A stretch of 64,000 bases of DNA from Cycas panzhihuaensis (taxonomy: Eukaryota > Plantae > Cycadophyta): the NCBI GenBank assembly GCA_023213395.1, contig CM041465.1:145893741-145957740 (forward strand), given 5' to 3'. Below, one piece after another: positions 1-13,722 of this stretch (the first letter of the stretch is position 1; the number at the start of each line of letters is the position of its first letter). The notes under the pieces were generated by a model, which saw only the letters and a program-made list of their open reading frames with translations, did no database searches and was not told the DNA's origin. The position numbers and the translations under genes are program-made.

Positions 1-967
1 TAGAAAGAATATTAACAATCCTAACAGAATATTTAACTATAACACAAAACATAATGAAAACATTAAACTTGTTGGAGTATAATGTTTTATCTTGGGATTA
101 TTAAAGGGGGGCGCTGATGTAATTAAACTCTCATTATATTTAATATAAATACAATACTCATGATTGGTCATAAGAAACCATATAACAGTTACAAACCCTG
201 ATGTATAAAGAGAGGGATTCCTCACATAATAGATCATTCATTTTTTCCCTCTATTAATTTGAGAACTCTAATAATAGAGTGGGTTTGTTAGATAAAGTCT
301 CAACTATAAGAAATCAAATGAAGACATTTTCTCATATCAAATTAACATGGATGTGCATTAATCAAATAAAGCCAGAGGAGATCAAATCGCTCTAAAGAAG
401 CATACAAAATAAGCGCACAAAACTATATGGTCATAAGGGTGTCAAAAAATCAAAGTGCTCAAAACCAGACTAAATGTATCTAGATAGTAGATCTCGATCT
501 CCACATCATTTCTTCCTTCTGCATCGAGTCTATTCGAGTCCATTTCGAAGGGGTTTCAACCACTTTTTTAGGCACACAGGTTTGGAGGCAAGATCTTCAT
601 TTTTTTTTGGGAAAAATTCACTTAATTTTTAGGTAATAATTATTGTAATCTCTCCTCTCCATAATTACAATGAGATTAGGTACTATTTTGCAAAAAAAAT
701 TTTCATTTTTTTGAAGATTTGAGCATTTAAAAAAAATTTCCTAGCCCCACATTTCTACTCTTTGAGGCCCTTTTTTCTCTCAATTCAAAAGGGATATTCA
801 AAAGATAATTATAGATTTGGATACCTATTTAGACGATCTACATTGTAAGATATTTTTAAAATTAAATCTGTACAACTTTAACTTTGTATAGAAATATGTA
901 CAGTTAGACAACCTTGGCTTCTTAGACCTATTTTGAAACATTATCTATATTTTTCATCTGTGTAAGC

Positions 968-3900
968 ATGGAATACTCCATTTTGGACCTTAATAATGTA
1001 GATAAGTTGATTGGAAACAATTATCAAGCTTGGATAATTAAAATGGAAGCCCTTTTGTATGCCAAAAATGCTTGGGAATTAACCATTAGAGAAGAAAAGA
1101 TACTAAAAACTGAAGGAGGTGCCCAGAAAAATTGGAAAGAAAGAAATAATTTATGACTAATAACTCTAAAAATGTTGATTTCTGATCATCTTTTAATATA
1201 CAATGATAAATCAAATTCCTGCTCTCAAATTTGGAATACTCTTGAAAATCTTTATGTCCAAAAGAATAAAGCAAGGATTATAACTTTGAAAGAGGAGTTT
1301 TTAAAATTATTTATGAAAGAAACAGAAATAATAGCTGACTTCATTCATAAAGTCACTACAATTTGGAACGACCTCTTAAGCACTGGGCAATAATATCTGA
1401 AAAGGAAGTAGTGGAAATAGTAGCAGGAAACTTCCAAAGGAATTTGATGCGATCATCAATACAATAACCAATATTGGCTTAATTGAAGAAATAACTCTTG
1501 ATGAACTAACTAATATATTGTTGAGATAGGAACGGAGAAATAAAAAGTATGAAGATATCACTGAAATGGAAAATGCCTTTACGATAAAATTAAACCAATG
1601 AGGTTTTAGAGGATGAAGTCAATTCAAAGGCAAAGGATGTACTCCAGAACCTAAACCTTTATCACAAGGAAGGTGGTTAGATAGTAAGAGACACGATTGC
1701 ATGTATCCACTAAGGCATGCTCAAGTATGTTTTAACTATGGTAAACCTAGACACTTCTCAAGCCAATGTCGAGCATTTAACATTTGTCACCATGATGGAC
1801 ATCTGGGACATTACCCATACCAGTGTCCTCAACAAAGTGTAGAGATTTAGAGAGGGAAGAGACTAGTTGAAAACTATACTAAGGAGTAACTAGACAAAGA
1901 GGATGAAGAAATGACTTTTATTATTGCTTTGTCAGCTAGTCTTCAAGACAAGGATGTGTGCTACATTGATTCTAGAGCATCATGACATATGACAAATATG
2001 GAAGATTGGTTTAAATCCATCAAATCTTACTCTTCAAAGAAATTAGTTGAATTGGGAGATAAGTACACTTTAAATATTAAAGAAGTAGAAACCATAGCTG
2101 TGAACTTATAAGGTTGTGTAAACAAAATTAGTAATATTTTTCTTACACCTAAGCTAAAAATGAACCTTCTTTTAGTATCACAATTAAGCAACAAAGGTTG
2201 AGAACTATATTTGATGAGAAGGGAATGTGTTATGTACTGGATACAAAAAAATGACAACACTATCATTGCTAAAGAGGTAAAGTACAATGACCTCTATAAA
2301 CTGCTGCCTATTCCTGTTGATCAAAAAATAGATGTAAATGTATTCTCTATTATAAATTTTACTGATAATAATAAAGTATGGCATTTGAAGTATAGCCATC
2401 TCCCTGTGGATAAACTAGAAATGATAAAAAAAAAAAAATATAGTTAATGAGCTTCCTTCCATCTCGTCAGAATATTTTGTTTATAATGGCTATTAATTTG
2501 GAAAACATTATTTTCCCTTCAGAACCAATGAATGATATGCTCAAGATAAATTAGAACTAATACACAAATTTATGTGGTCCTCTAACACCATTATCCATAA
2601 ATGACTCTAGGTGTTTTTTAACCTTCATTGATGATTTCACTATGAAGGTATGGGTATATTTCATTCATAATAAATCAAAAGTATTTGATACATTTAAAGA
2701 ATTTAAGGCTGAGGTAGAATTAAAGTCAGTATGTAAAATTAAGTGTATCAGATCCAACAATGGGGGTAAATATATTTCAAAAGAATTTTTGGACTATTGT
2801 AAAACTAAAGGTATACAAAGACAACTCACAACTCCCTATATGCCTTAGTCCAACGATGTCACAGAATGGAAGAATAGGACCATTATGGAAATGACACACA
2901 ACATAATTCATGGCAAATAAGTTTCAAGAACTTATTAGGCTGAAGTAGTAAGTACAACATACTATTTGATAAATCAATGTTTGACCACAACACTGCAATA
3001 GATCACCCCTGAAGAAGGATGGACAGGAAGAAAGCCTAATGTAAGTAACTTAAAAAGTTTTGGTAGTCAAGCCTTTATTTATGTACCAGATAAAAATAGG
3101 ATAAAACTCGATTTAAAATGTATAAAGTGCATTATGATTGGGTATAATAAAAATTCAAAGGGATATAAATGCATAGATCCCAAAACTAATAAAATCTATA
3201 TAAGTAGGGATGTAGTTTTTAATGAAAAAATTCCTATTAAGGTTAAGCCTCTAGTTCAAATAATTAAAGAAGTACCAAGGATTAAGCCTAAAAAAGAACC
3301 TCTTGTTGAAGAATCTAGAGTAACTATAGAGAATGATTTGGAAGAACCAGAGTTCACTCTTCTCATAGAAGGAGAACAATCATTAGAAGAATTAGTCATT
3401 GAAGTATCAAAAAAGGAGAATAAAGTACCAAAATGGTACATCAAAATAATAAAAGAAGAAAAAAGAAATATGTTCACACACAGAACTAGGACTTAACATC
3501 ATAAAGCTCTCCTTAGTAGATTAGAGCCTCAGTCATTTGAAGAAGCAAAGGAACATGCTGAACAATAAATGCAGAAATGGATGCCATTGCCAAAAATCAA
3601 ACTTGGGATCTAGTAGAGTTACCCCCAAATAAATTAATTATCAATTGTAAATGGGTGTACAGTGTAAAAGGAGTTGATGGTAAAATAGAAAAGTTCAAAG
3701 CAAGACTTGTGGCAAAAGGATATACTCAGATCCTTGGGATTGATTTTGAAAACATATTCTCTCCTATGGCCAAATTGAATACTATCCAAACAATGATTGC
3801 ATTGGCAGTATAAAACAACTAGAAGAGTTATCAGTTAGATGTCAAAAGTGCCTTTCTAAATGGAGATCTAGAGGAAGAAGTTTACATGCAACAACTAGAA

Positions 3901-5040
3901 GGCTATGTTAAGCAAGGACAAGAACATTCGATATATAAGCTTAAGAAGGCTCTATATGGATTGAAATAAGCTTTTAGAGCTTATTATACTAAGTTGGACA
4001 AATATTTGTCTCAAAATGGCTTTCACAAGTGTAATTCAGATTCCAGTCTTTATGTAAAAAGAAATGAAAGAAAAATCTTAATCATTATTGTCTATGTTGA
4101 TGACATAATTCTCATAGGAGATGACACTAAATCTATCTCGAATATAAAGAGTCAGTTAGAAAAGGACTTTGAAATGATAGATTTAGGTTTCTTGAACTAT
4201 TATCTAGGAATAGAAATTGAGCAAAATAAAGAATCAATCACATTATCACAAGGCAAATACAACCAAGATTTGCTAGTCAAATTTCAAATGGAGAATTGCA
4301 ATGAATATGCAACTCCTATGGAAGTAAATTGCAATGTAGTCCCAGATGAAGGAGAACCTATTGTCAACAACACTCTTTACAAGCTATTAATTAGAAGCTT
4401 GATCTATCTCACTGCCACTAGACCTGACATTTCACACTCAGTAGGTTTGGTCTCTAAATGCATGTAGAAGCCAAGAATGAGACATTGGAAAGTAGCCAAA
4501 AGGATACTCAGATATCTGAAAGGAATAATATATTTGAAACTCATATACACAGAAAAGAAATCAACATAATTGATTGGATATTGTGATTATGACTAGGCAT
4601 GGGATAAAAAGAATAGAAGATCTACCAGTGGATACTGTTTCTTTCTAGGCTCAGCAACCATTTCCTAATGTAGTAAAAAGTAGCTAATAGTTTCTCTCTC
4701 ATCAATTGAAATAGAATATAAATCGGTAATCAACATGATATGTGAAGCACTCTAGTTCCAACAACTATTAATAGATATGAATCAACTATAACAAAGGCCA
4801 ACAACTTTACTCTGTGATAATCAAAGTATAATAAAATTGACCAAAAATCCTATTATGCATGTAAAAATAAAACACATAGAAGTGCAACATTACTTCATTT
4901 GAGAAAAAGTGCAAAGTAAAGAGATTGATCTAACATATTATCCCATAATAGGTCAAGTTGCAGATATTCTAACAAAATCACTTAGCAGAGACAAGTTTCA
5001 AAGTTTTAGAGAGAAAATAGGATTAAACAGGATAAAACAT
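968..5040 (+). pseudogene. copia-1 gag-pol pseudogene
   Basis: ORF fragments: KLIGNNYQAW (gag), YIDSRAS*HM (PR), IRSNNGGKY (IN), KARLVAKGY and IIVYVDDII (RT), KHIEVQHYF (RH). Many in-frame stops and frameshifts. Confidence 0.95.
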
Positions 5041-5050
5041 TAAGAGAGGG

Positions 5051-5279
5051 TATTAGAGTATAATGTTTTATCTTAAGATTATTAAAGAAGAGGGGGGGGG
5101 GGGGGGGGGGGGGATAATGTAATTAAACCCTCATTATACTTAATGTAAATATAATACTTATGATTGGTCATAATAAACCATGTAATGATTACAAAGCCTA
5201 ATGTATAAAGAGAGGCATTCCTCATATAATAAATCATTCATGTTTTCCCTCCATTAATTGGAGAAGTCAAATTTCAACA
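5051..5279 (+). repeat. copia-1 3' LTR
   Basis: Direct repeat of 70-~270; follows the PPT, ends in CA, contains a G22 run. Confidence 0.9.
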
Positions 5280-5989
5280 GAACTGAGAGGGAATTTGAAG
5301 TAATTGTTGGGTGTATGTTTGTTTACAACCTTATAAACAAGCCTCTCTCAAAATAACCCAAAGATAAAAGCTTAGCCCTAGGTTCTATGGACTATACTAG
5401 GTCTATAAGAGGATTGGCTAAGCAACGTATGTATTGGACCTTTCAACATCCTTCAGGATATATAACATTTTCTATGCCTCTTTCTTAAAAAGGAAACTAG
5501 AAGACAACGTACTAGTCCAAATCAAAATACCAATGTTGGATGAGGAGAGAAAGTTAGGCCTCATACTTGAATTTGTCATCCAAACATGAGAAAAAAATAC
5601 TACGTAGGAGGACCATAAATAATACTTAGTCAAATTGTGCCAACTACTAATTGAAGACACCACCTGGAAAGCAATAGACATATTACAAGAATATCTAATA
5701 TTAAAAATTTTTTACTTTTAAGGATGGAATATCTTAAGGAGGGCAGAATTGTAATGCATCTTATATCATTAAGTTGGCTTGGTAAAAAAGATGTTTCTAA
5801 AAAATAAATGAATAGAGATGTTGGGGTGTAATTTTAAAATCTTGAACTCTAAACACTTTGAGATATCTGCATTCATCCTAGTGCTTGACCCCATTGGGCA
5901 ACTTAGGAATGCTTTAGGTAATATGAAATAACACCCTTACTTTTTAAATAATTTATTTGTTTAGTCATGACTATAATTCATTATCAATA

Positions 5990-7240
5990 ATATATTAGCA
6001 TGTATTTTCAACCCCCTACATCATTCATAGTTTAAACCTCATGCTAAAGGAAATGGTATTATAGGAGACTCATTCATAATTGGCAATGATTATAAGGGCT
6101 TGTGAGCAAGTCAGGCAGAACCAAAAACTCATCACTAACTACCATGTATTGTAGTCAATTTTTTGGTAGTATTTAATGTTGGATTTCCTAAAGGTTCTTG
6201 ATACTGGGTTTGTTTCATATTATATTATGTTGAAACATTTAGTTGATGTAAAATTTGCAGTGGTGCATATAGTGATAAGTGCAAAATGGAAAGTAAGGAG
6301 GCAATCTAACATTAAAAATGTGTTAATTGTACACTAGACAATGTTGGTTGGGAATGGTGGGAGAATGTACAATTCATCTTCAATATGTGAGAGCTTATAG
6401 TAGCCTTCTTTTATAAGATTGATATGAACAAGTCTTGTATGAACGAAGTATATGATGACATTGATAGCATGATTAAGATGTATGGGATGCAATTTTTTCT
6501 ATAAAGAGGTTCGATTATAATGATATTTAGCAGAAAATTCATAGCTTAATGAATTTTTGGTGGAACAAATTCAACACCCACTTGCACAACTTAGCTTATC
6601 TTCTGAATTTAAGGCACCCTGACATTTCCTACATCTAGTTAGGCAATAACAGGGAACCCCCACACAAAAATAAGTAAGTTTTTGGTGGTTTCAAAGAAGT
6701 CATTAAGAAATTATTTGTAGATCTTGATAATGCCTTGTGAATTCAAAAAGACTTTATTAGTTTTAATAATGGGTCTGGTTGAGTGTTTGAAGATATGCTT
6801 ATAATGATTGATAAGAGTAAGATGGATGTAGTTCTGTGATAAATAATTAATAGTACATAGGTCGACATGATGTAGTCACTTGTCATTTGGATTATTTTAC
6901 AAGTGACAAACTCCTTTTTAACAAAGAAGAATTAGATCACATATAACTTCATTCACTTTGTGAAGAGAAATAAGTTGGGGTCGAGTAATGTTGGTAACTT
7001 GGTATTTATACACTCCAACCCTTAGTTTTCTTTTTCATGGGAAGAAAGAGTACATATAGGATGGGGTTTCATAGTTTTGGGATGTTGATCTCCACAACAG
7101 AGGTTTGGAATTTGATTAGTTCTACATAGTTTCAAATATATGCATATGTGCGTGTGTGTATGTACAAAAAGTGTATGAACATTTTCGTGTTTCCCAGTTT
7201 TTTTGAAACTGGTGCTTTCATTTCCACACTTTAGGGTACT
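5990..7240 (+). mobile_element. hAT DNA transposon relic (transposase C-terminal half incl. dimerisation domain)
   Basis: Manual translation gives TPYIIHSLNLMLKE (~6010), NKSCMNEVYDDIDSM (~6430), WNKFNTHLHNLAYLLN (~6560) and TYNFIHFVKRNKLG..LVFIHSN (~6940-7020). These match plant hAT DUF659/dimerisation motifs. Confidence 0.85.
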
Positions 7241-7243
7241 TAA

Positions 7244-7469
7244 TGTTAGAGTATATTAGCAATATCCTTATAATGAGACAATGTGCCACATTCCATGCAT
7301 GCAAGAATTAGCGACCATGGGGCATCCATTGGGTAGTGAGATGTTTTGAGCATGCTACACATGAACATACATTTTGCATATGATGAACATTCATCCAATT
7401 GAACATATGTTCTACAGATGAACATATAGTATATTTTGAAGGTATCCTTATGCATGAATGTTGAGCAAT
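7244..7469. repeat. possible LTR fragment interrupted by chromovirus B
   Basis: Begins TGTTAGAG, a typical copia LTR start; no partner found in the window. Confidence 0.3.
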
Positions 7470-7849
7470 TGTAATGACCCTTCTAAGGATTATTACTTAG
7501 GCGATCAATCTTAACTCAAATAGATCAAGTGAGAATTTTGTTTAATAACAAATTCTGAAAGAACTTAAGAAGAAACTCAAAGATGGAACCCAAATGGAAT
7601 AAGAAAGATGTGAAAATATTGATTTACTTCAATAGACACCAAACAAGTTGATCCAACTCTAAAGAGTTTCTCACATGAAGAAAAACAATAAGTAGATATA
7701 TATAATGTGGAAATATAATGGGCTTTTAAATAGGCACTTAATAATCTTATCTACATATTCATCATGCACGTGGGATAAATAATAAAGTGAATTTGCTAAA
7801 CAAAGTAGTAAGTGAGGGAACTAGCTAATAAGTTGTGGGATCCACAACA
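7470..7849 (-). repeat. chromovirus B 3' LTR
   Basis: TGTAATG...CAACA followed by the reverse-complement PPT AGTCTTCTCTATTTC. Confidence 0.85.
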
Positions 7850-10282
7850 AGTCTTCTCTATTTCAGGATGCTTTGTCCTCAAGAATTGAAATGTTGAGGT
7901 ATTGTTGCTTAATGGATTCTAGTTCTTAGTTTGCATCTTCCTTTGGCAAATTCTTCCATTTTATTGAATATTAAGTGCTTGCTTTTGTATAGGTTAAGAA
8001 CTCCTTTTGGTTCAACGATTAGTCTTCTTTCACCTTCAATTAATGGCAATCCAATGGGTTTACTTATGTGTCAATCTTCTTTTTTAGACTTGAAAAAAAC
8101 ATCATGGATCTTTGCATTTGGAATATTAAGTGCATAAGTTACCAGTCCAATGCATTTTTGGATTTGGAATAGTTCCTTGAATCTTGGTGCAAGTTGTTTT
8201 TTACGTTTCTTTATGGAGTGTTGTTTATAGGGTTGGAGTTGAAGGCTTACCTAACAGCCTTCTAGAAATTCCCTCTTGGATTTGTGTTGATCAATTTGAT
8301 GTTTCATCATGTTTTGAGCTCTATGAAAGGCAACTTTAAATTCTTAAAGAATATTGATGACTTGTTAAGTGAGTGTTTTGATGACTGTCACTTTGGTTGG
8401 AGTCCGGAAGAAATCATGTGTTACTGGTGGTTGATACTTGAATAAATCCATGAATAGGGACATTTTAATTATAGGATGGTACTAAATGTTGTATTAATAT
8501 TCTATTAGATGTACCTATTGCACCCACTGGGATTGTTTATTTTTTACATAATGTTGTGATTAAGTCTTTAGACATTTGTTTACTGTTTTTGTTTAGCCAC
8601 CTATTTGGGGATAATAAGTTAGGCTTATCTGTAGCATAGTGTTGGTTAGACCAAAAAGTCATGTTTATAAATTGCTTGTAAATTTTGGATCTCAATCACC
8701 ATCAACACTTTTCAAAAAGCCACATAATTGGCAAATGCGCTTCATAAGTAAATCTACAATATGTGGATCTATGAAAATACTTTGCATTGGTACCATGCGA
8801 GTGTACTTTTCCAATCTATCTGCCACAATAAGTAAGACATCATTATCTTTATACTTGAGTAGTCTTGTAATGAAGTCTATATTGTCGTCCTCCCATTTTT
8901 GGAATGATATGGGTAATGGTTGCAAAATCCCTAGGCTTTTAATTCATTTATTTCTCGTCTTTGGCAATCCTCACATTTAGCCATGAATTGTTGGATATCT
9001 ACTTTTTGAGTTAGACAATAAAAGGATCCTCAGATTTTGTCATAAATATTTTCAAAGCTTGAATGTTTCACTAGTGGTACTAAGTGGTATTTTTTAAGTA
9101 CTTTCTCTTTTAATGCTAAGGATGGTGTTCAGTAGATGTAAATTTTTGCATAGTAAAGTTTATCCATGGAGGAACTAGTTTGGGATATTTTTATAATGTT
9201 GGCATTGTTGAAGTCTTTTTTGAATAAATAGACCTGTTTCATACTCCTTGGATAATTGATCCAACTATGTAAGTAATAATATGCTACAGTGGTGGGATAT
9301 GTTCCTTGTTCAAAATTTCGTGATAGACTATCAACCATAATATTTTCTTTTCCCCTTTTGTAAATTATCTCAGAATCAAAGTTTTGAATTTTGTTAAGCC
9401 ATTTTTCTACTTCTTGGAAGTATTCTATTTATTATAGAAAGTACTTCAAATTTTGATGGCTGATATGGACCATAAACTTGCAATAAAGTAAAAATTAGTA
9501 TGATTTGGCCAAGGCATTCAAAATCATGAGCATTTCCTTCTTATATGTGAATTGTGCTCATTCTCTCAAGTTTTATATATTTGCTTTCAAATGCCAAGGG
9601 CTTGTTTTTTTGTATTAGAATAATATCGATACTTTTCTAAAAGCATCATACTCAAGGTTAAAGGGTGTGGAGAAGTCCAGTATTGTTAGGACTAGTGCTA
9701 ATATGATGGTAACTATCAACTATTCAGAGCTTTGGCTAGCTTGGTTGGTTCATGAAATGTATCCCTTTTATATAAGTTTGTCATGAGTGTTACAATAGGT
9801 GGATAATTTTGAATAAACCTTTGGTAAAATTTCATGATATTGAGAAGCCTATAAAGTTTAGTGACTAATGTAGATTTTGCCTAGTTCAAGATGGGTTGGA
9901 TCTTTTGTGAGTTCATAAGAACTCTTTTAACTAAAATGATGTGGCCTAAATATTGTTAGTATAGCAGTTAATGCTAAGCCACTTGATTAATGTTAAAATG
10001 TAGTTTAGTTAATATTAAGTCAAAATGTACAAATATTTTGGAGAGTCACAACTATTCAAGTTGGATGCACAATTTGGGGGATTATAAATAACCCCAAAGC
10101 CCCTTGTAAAATTATGTAAGGAATCATCAATGTGATATAACAATCTTTCGTAGGGTTTTTCTTGAAAGGGTTTTTCACATAAAATATTATGTACTGTATA
10201 CATGTACTTTTTATTATTTTCTTGCTATGTGTGATTAAGATTTTATTGTTGAGAATACGTATATATTTTATGTTTCTTCACA

Positions 10283-10294
10283 TGGTATTAAAGT
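10283..10294 (+). promoter_or_regulatory. degenerate tRNA-Met primer binding site of copia-2
   Basis: TGGTATTAAAGT directly after the LTR, versus canonical TGGTATCAGAGC; differs only by transitions. Confidence 0.8.
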
Positions 10295-12995
10295 TGAATG
10301 GAGTACACAACTGAGGTTGGGTGGCAATGATAAAGATTTAGGTTGCTTGGTAACGCTGGTAGAGCCCTGTTTTGATGATTTTAATTTTTTCCAACAATCA
10401 TAAGAGTGACAAAATGGTGTAATGGTGATTGAGGAGGTGAATTTCACTTATTAATAAGATTTTTTTCATTGTTTTAAGTCTAAAATCAATATTGGGCACA
10501 CTTTAAATTGTTTTGGACTTGTTTTAAAGTCATCCAAGGCTAATAGGGCATATTAGGCACTCCATAGACCTATTGGGCCAAAGTTGATAATGATTTAATA
10601 GTGTTGAGATATATTGGGCTTTAAATCTAACATTATTGGGCATCAAATCTATTGATCCAACATAAAAAAGTGGTCAAACACCTATTGTGAGCATAATTGA
10701 ATCCAAACAAGGAGGTTTTTAATGCATATTAATAATGCTGGGCAGTTTTTGAAGAGTGTATAAATATTTTTGATGTTAGTAGAAGGTCTTAGCCTGACTT
10801 TTAGTTAGTAGACAACTTTAAAGAAGATATTTTTTCTCATTGGAACACTCATAAACTAATTGGTAGATAAATCCTTATGTTGATGTCTGGAAGAAGCATG
10901 AGCACCTTCTCATAGCCGTAGTAGGTTCAAATCACCATTGCTAGTTGATAGAAGTCGCATAGGAGATGCCTATCCATATTTGGTTATTTTGAGTCATCAC
11001 TTTTTACTTTATATCACCTATGATATGATAAGGTCGAAAACCTTATTAATAATCAAATATATTTGGCATTTTACTTTTCAATATATTTTATAAAGTCACG
11101 TCATTTTTTAAAGGCACACAGGTGAATAGGATGTAGTTGCCTATATTGGGTGAATTCGCTTTATTTTTTATTTAAAAAAAAACTTATATATTTGAAGGTA
11201 TTTGTTAGCCTATTTCTTGAGATGGAGAGGGTGATGCCTGAAGTCATCTTTAATGGAAATAATTTGAGTGAGTGGAAGGGTAACATGGAGTTGGTTTTAA
11301 TGGTAAATCAACTTTGGGGGATTGCCAAAGATGAGTTGTTTGCTATTCTATTGGATATAAAGGAGTGAACTCATTAAGAGGAGCCTGTTTGCTATTCTAT
11401 TGCTACTAGGCTATTAAAACAGTCTGTAGCACTAGATTAGAGGGGTATAGTTCATAACCTAGATAAACCAAATGAAATTTGAACAAAATTATGTAAGGCA
11501 TTAAAAAATAAGTTATCAAATTGCTATGTTGCTTTGATGATGGGGCTTCTTAATGCAATAGTGGAAGACGAAAGTAACATAAGCGTCTACATGAATAAAA
11601 TAATTGATTTAAGGAACAAATTAGTAGAGATTAAATTTGGTTCAATTGATGATACATTATTATTTGCATTAATTATATTAAAATTACTAGTTGTATTTGA
11701 AACCTTTTAAATCATTTATGCAATGGATGATGTAATGGAAGGTATAACATTTAAGAAATTAAAAGGTCTCATTCTAGCCAAGAATGCCAAGTTGAAGCAC
11801 CATGGTATGCTTGGTGGTTCAAAATCAAATCAAGCCTTGGTTATGAAGATGTACAAGAGAGATGACATTCATGAAGGGAAGTCTACACAAAAATTAGGAG
11901 AAATATCTCAGGAGAAGAAGTTTGTTTGTAAATGTACTTACCACAAGAAAGATGGCTATGAAGCGAAGAACTATAGGTTTAAAAGGCAAGACAAATAAAA
12001 AGCAAATAAGGATGAGAAAGGAAATAGTATTATAGTTTATTATACAAAATTATCAAACTTGTCATTTGAGTCAAATTAGAGAGGCTACTGGATTTCAGAT
12101 TCAGGAGTGTAGAAATACATTATTTTAAAAAGTACAACTTTGATGCATGGAATGCTAGTCCTAGTGAATTAGAAATTAATTTTGGAGATGCAAGTGTGTT
12201 GCTTGTTGAGGGTTTTAGCATTATTTCACTTACAAGAAATAAATTTAAAGGTGTGTATTACACATCTAAAATAAAGATGAGTCTTCTATCATCCTAACAT
12301 ATATGCAAACAAGGTATGAAAGTTGAACTCTATAAATACATATGCTTAATTAAGTATCTAAAGTAAAATTTCTCTGTCATTGTTACTAAAAAAGTAAGGT
12401 ACAATTTTTAGGTGTTTGAGAAGTTTCAATCCTAGAATCAATCCTATGTCTTTATAGTTGATGTTGATGATGCAAGTAAACTTTGGTATAAACACCTTAG
12501 ATACCTTAATTATAAAATCATAACATTTATGAATCGACTGAAAATGGTGGAAGGATTGCCCTATATTTCTTGTTTAGAAGGTGTATGTACATGAAACATC
12601 ATTACTATCCTTTTGCTTGAGATTATACTTGGAGAGCCAAAGAGAAGTTGGAGCTTGTGCATTATGATTTGATAGGTCCTCTCCTAAACCCTTCAATATC
12701 TAGAATTACTATACTTTTGTGTTTATAAATGATTATGCCAAGAAGGCTTAGGTATATTTCTTAAAGAATAAGTCTGAAATGTTCTAATGATTTCATGAAT
12801 GGAAGATATGTGTTGAGAATGAATGTGAGAAGAAAATAAAAATTTTAAAGAGTGACAATGGAAAGGAATATGATAATAATACTTTTAATCAATTCTATCT
12901 ATATCATTGTATAAACGGAGAATTCATGGTCTTGTATACCCCATAGCAAAATGGTGATGTTAGAAGAAAGAACCATACCATGATGGAAATAATCC

Positions 12996-13684
12996 TTACA
13001 TCTATATATATGCTTGCATTAATTTAGGCTCGTTATATCATAGAATATTCACATATAACTTGCAGTATTGGGTGTTAGTAAATATACCTATATCTTACAT
13101 AAAAATTATTATAAATTTTATAAGGGAGATAAATTAATAAATAAAGACACTTAGGCGAACACTTATGAATAGGATATAATTTGCTTAGTTGTTTTAGTCG
13201 CTTATACTAAAATCATCTTCTACATGGACCGAATTATTTCCAGGTTATCGATTAATACAATCATTGTTATCGCTCTCCATAATCTACTACCTTCCTATTT
13301 TAGTCATTTATTCCTCTATCTATTAGTGTATGTCTTTTATCAATTCATTCCTTCTGCATCATTTATTTTATCTTCTAAATTTGTTTCATCATCATCCTCG
13401 CTCATAGTGTATCATTGTCAGACCTTATGTCATCTCATTCCTTCCATCGTCCCCCTGGTCTTCCATTTGATATTTGGTCTTCTTTGTACCTTCATCCATT
13501 CATCGCTCATATCATCTACATTACATATATGTAGTATATAATATACTTGGTAAAATATTTAATTATTGTGTTGTATTATACATAGTGATCGATTTAATAT
13601 CTTCATGCCATATCATGCAAATTGTTCGTATTAATATAGTTTACGAATATAACAATATTGTATAAATATCATACATAACATACA

Positions 13685-13722
<38 letters not shown>

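Larger units (their letters stand above)
70..5279 (+). mobile_element. Ty1/copia LTR retrotransposon copia-1, full length, decayed
   Basis: Paired LTRs at 70-~270 (TGTTGGAGTATAATGTTTTATCTT) and 5051-5279 (TATTAGAGTATAATGTTTTATCTT...TTTCAACA). PPT TAAGAGAGGG at 5041-5050. 5-bp TSD AAACT (65-69)/GAACT (5280-5284). Domain order gag-PR-IN-RT-RH. Confidence 0.95.
1..5990 (+). mobile_element. Ty3/gypsy chromovirus relic A: integrase C-terminus + chromodomain (1-69 and ~5285-5730), PPT and start of 3' LTR (5750-); split by copia-1
   Basis: 5285-5690 reads ...EREFEV..LQPYKQ..KLSPRFYGLY..YVLDL..RIYNIFYASFLK..YLVK..IEDTTW (GPY/F motif + chromodomain). The purine tract AAGGAGGGCAGAA precedes TGTAATG at 5750. 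The right boundary is approximate. Confidence 0.8.

Noticed and set aside
13224-13718. Hydrophobic ORF followed by poly(A), suggesting a retrocopy or membrane protein
   Set aside because: Low-complexity T/C-rich leader of the gag+PR element; no TSD or domain evidence.
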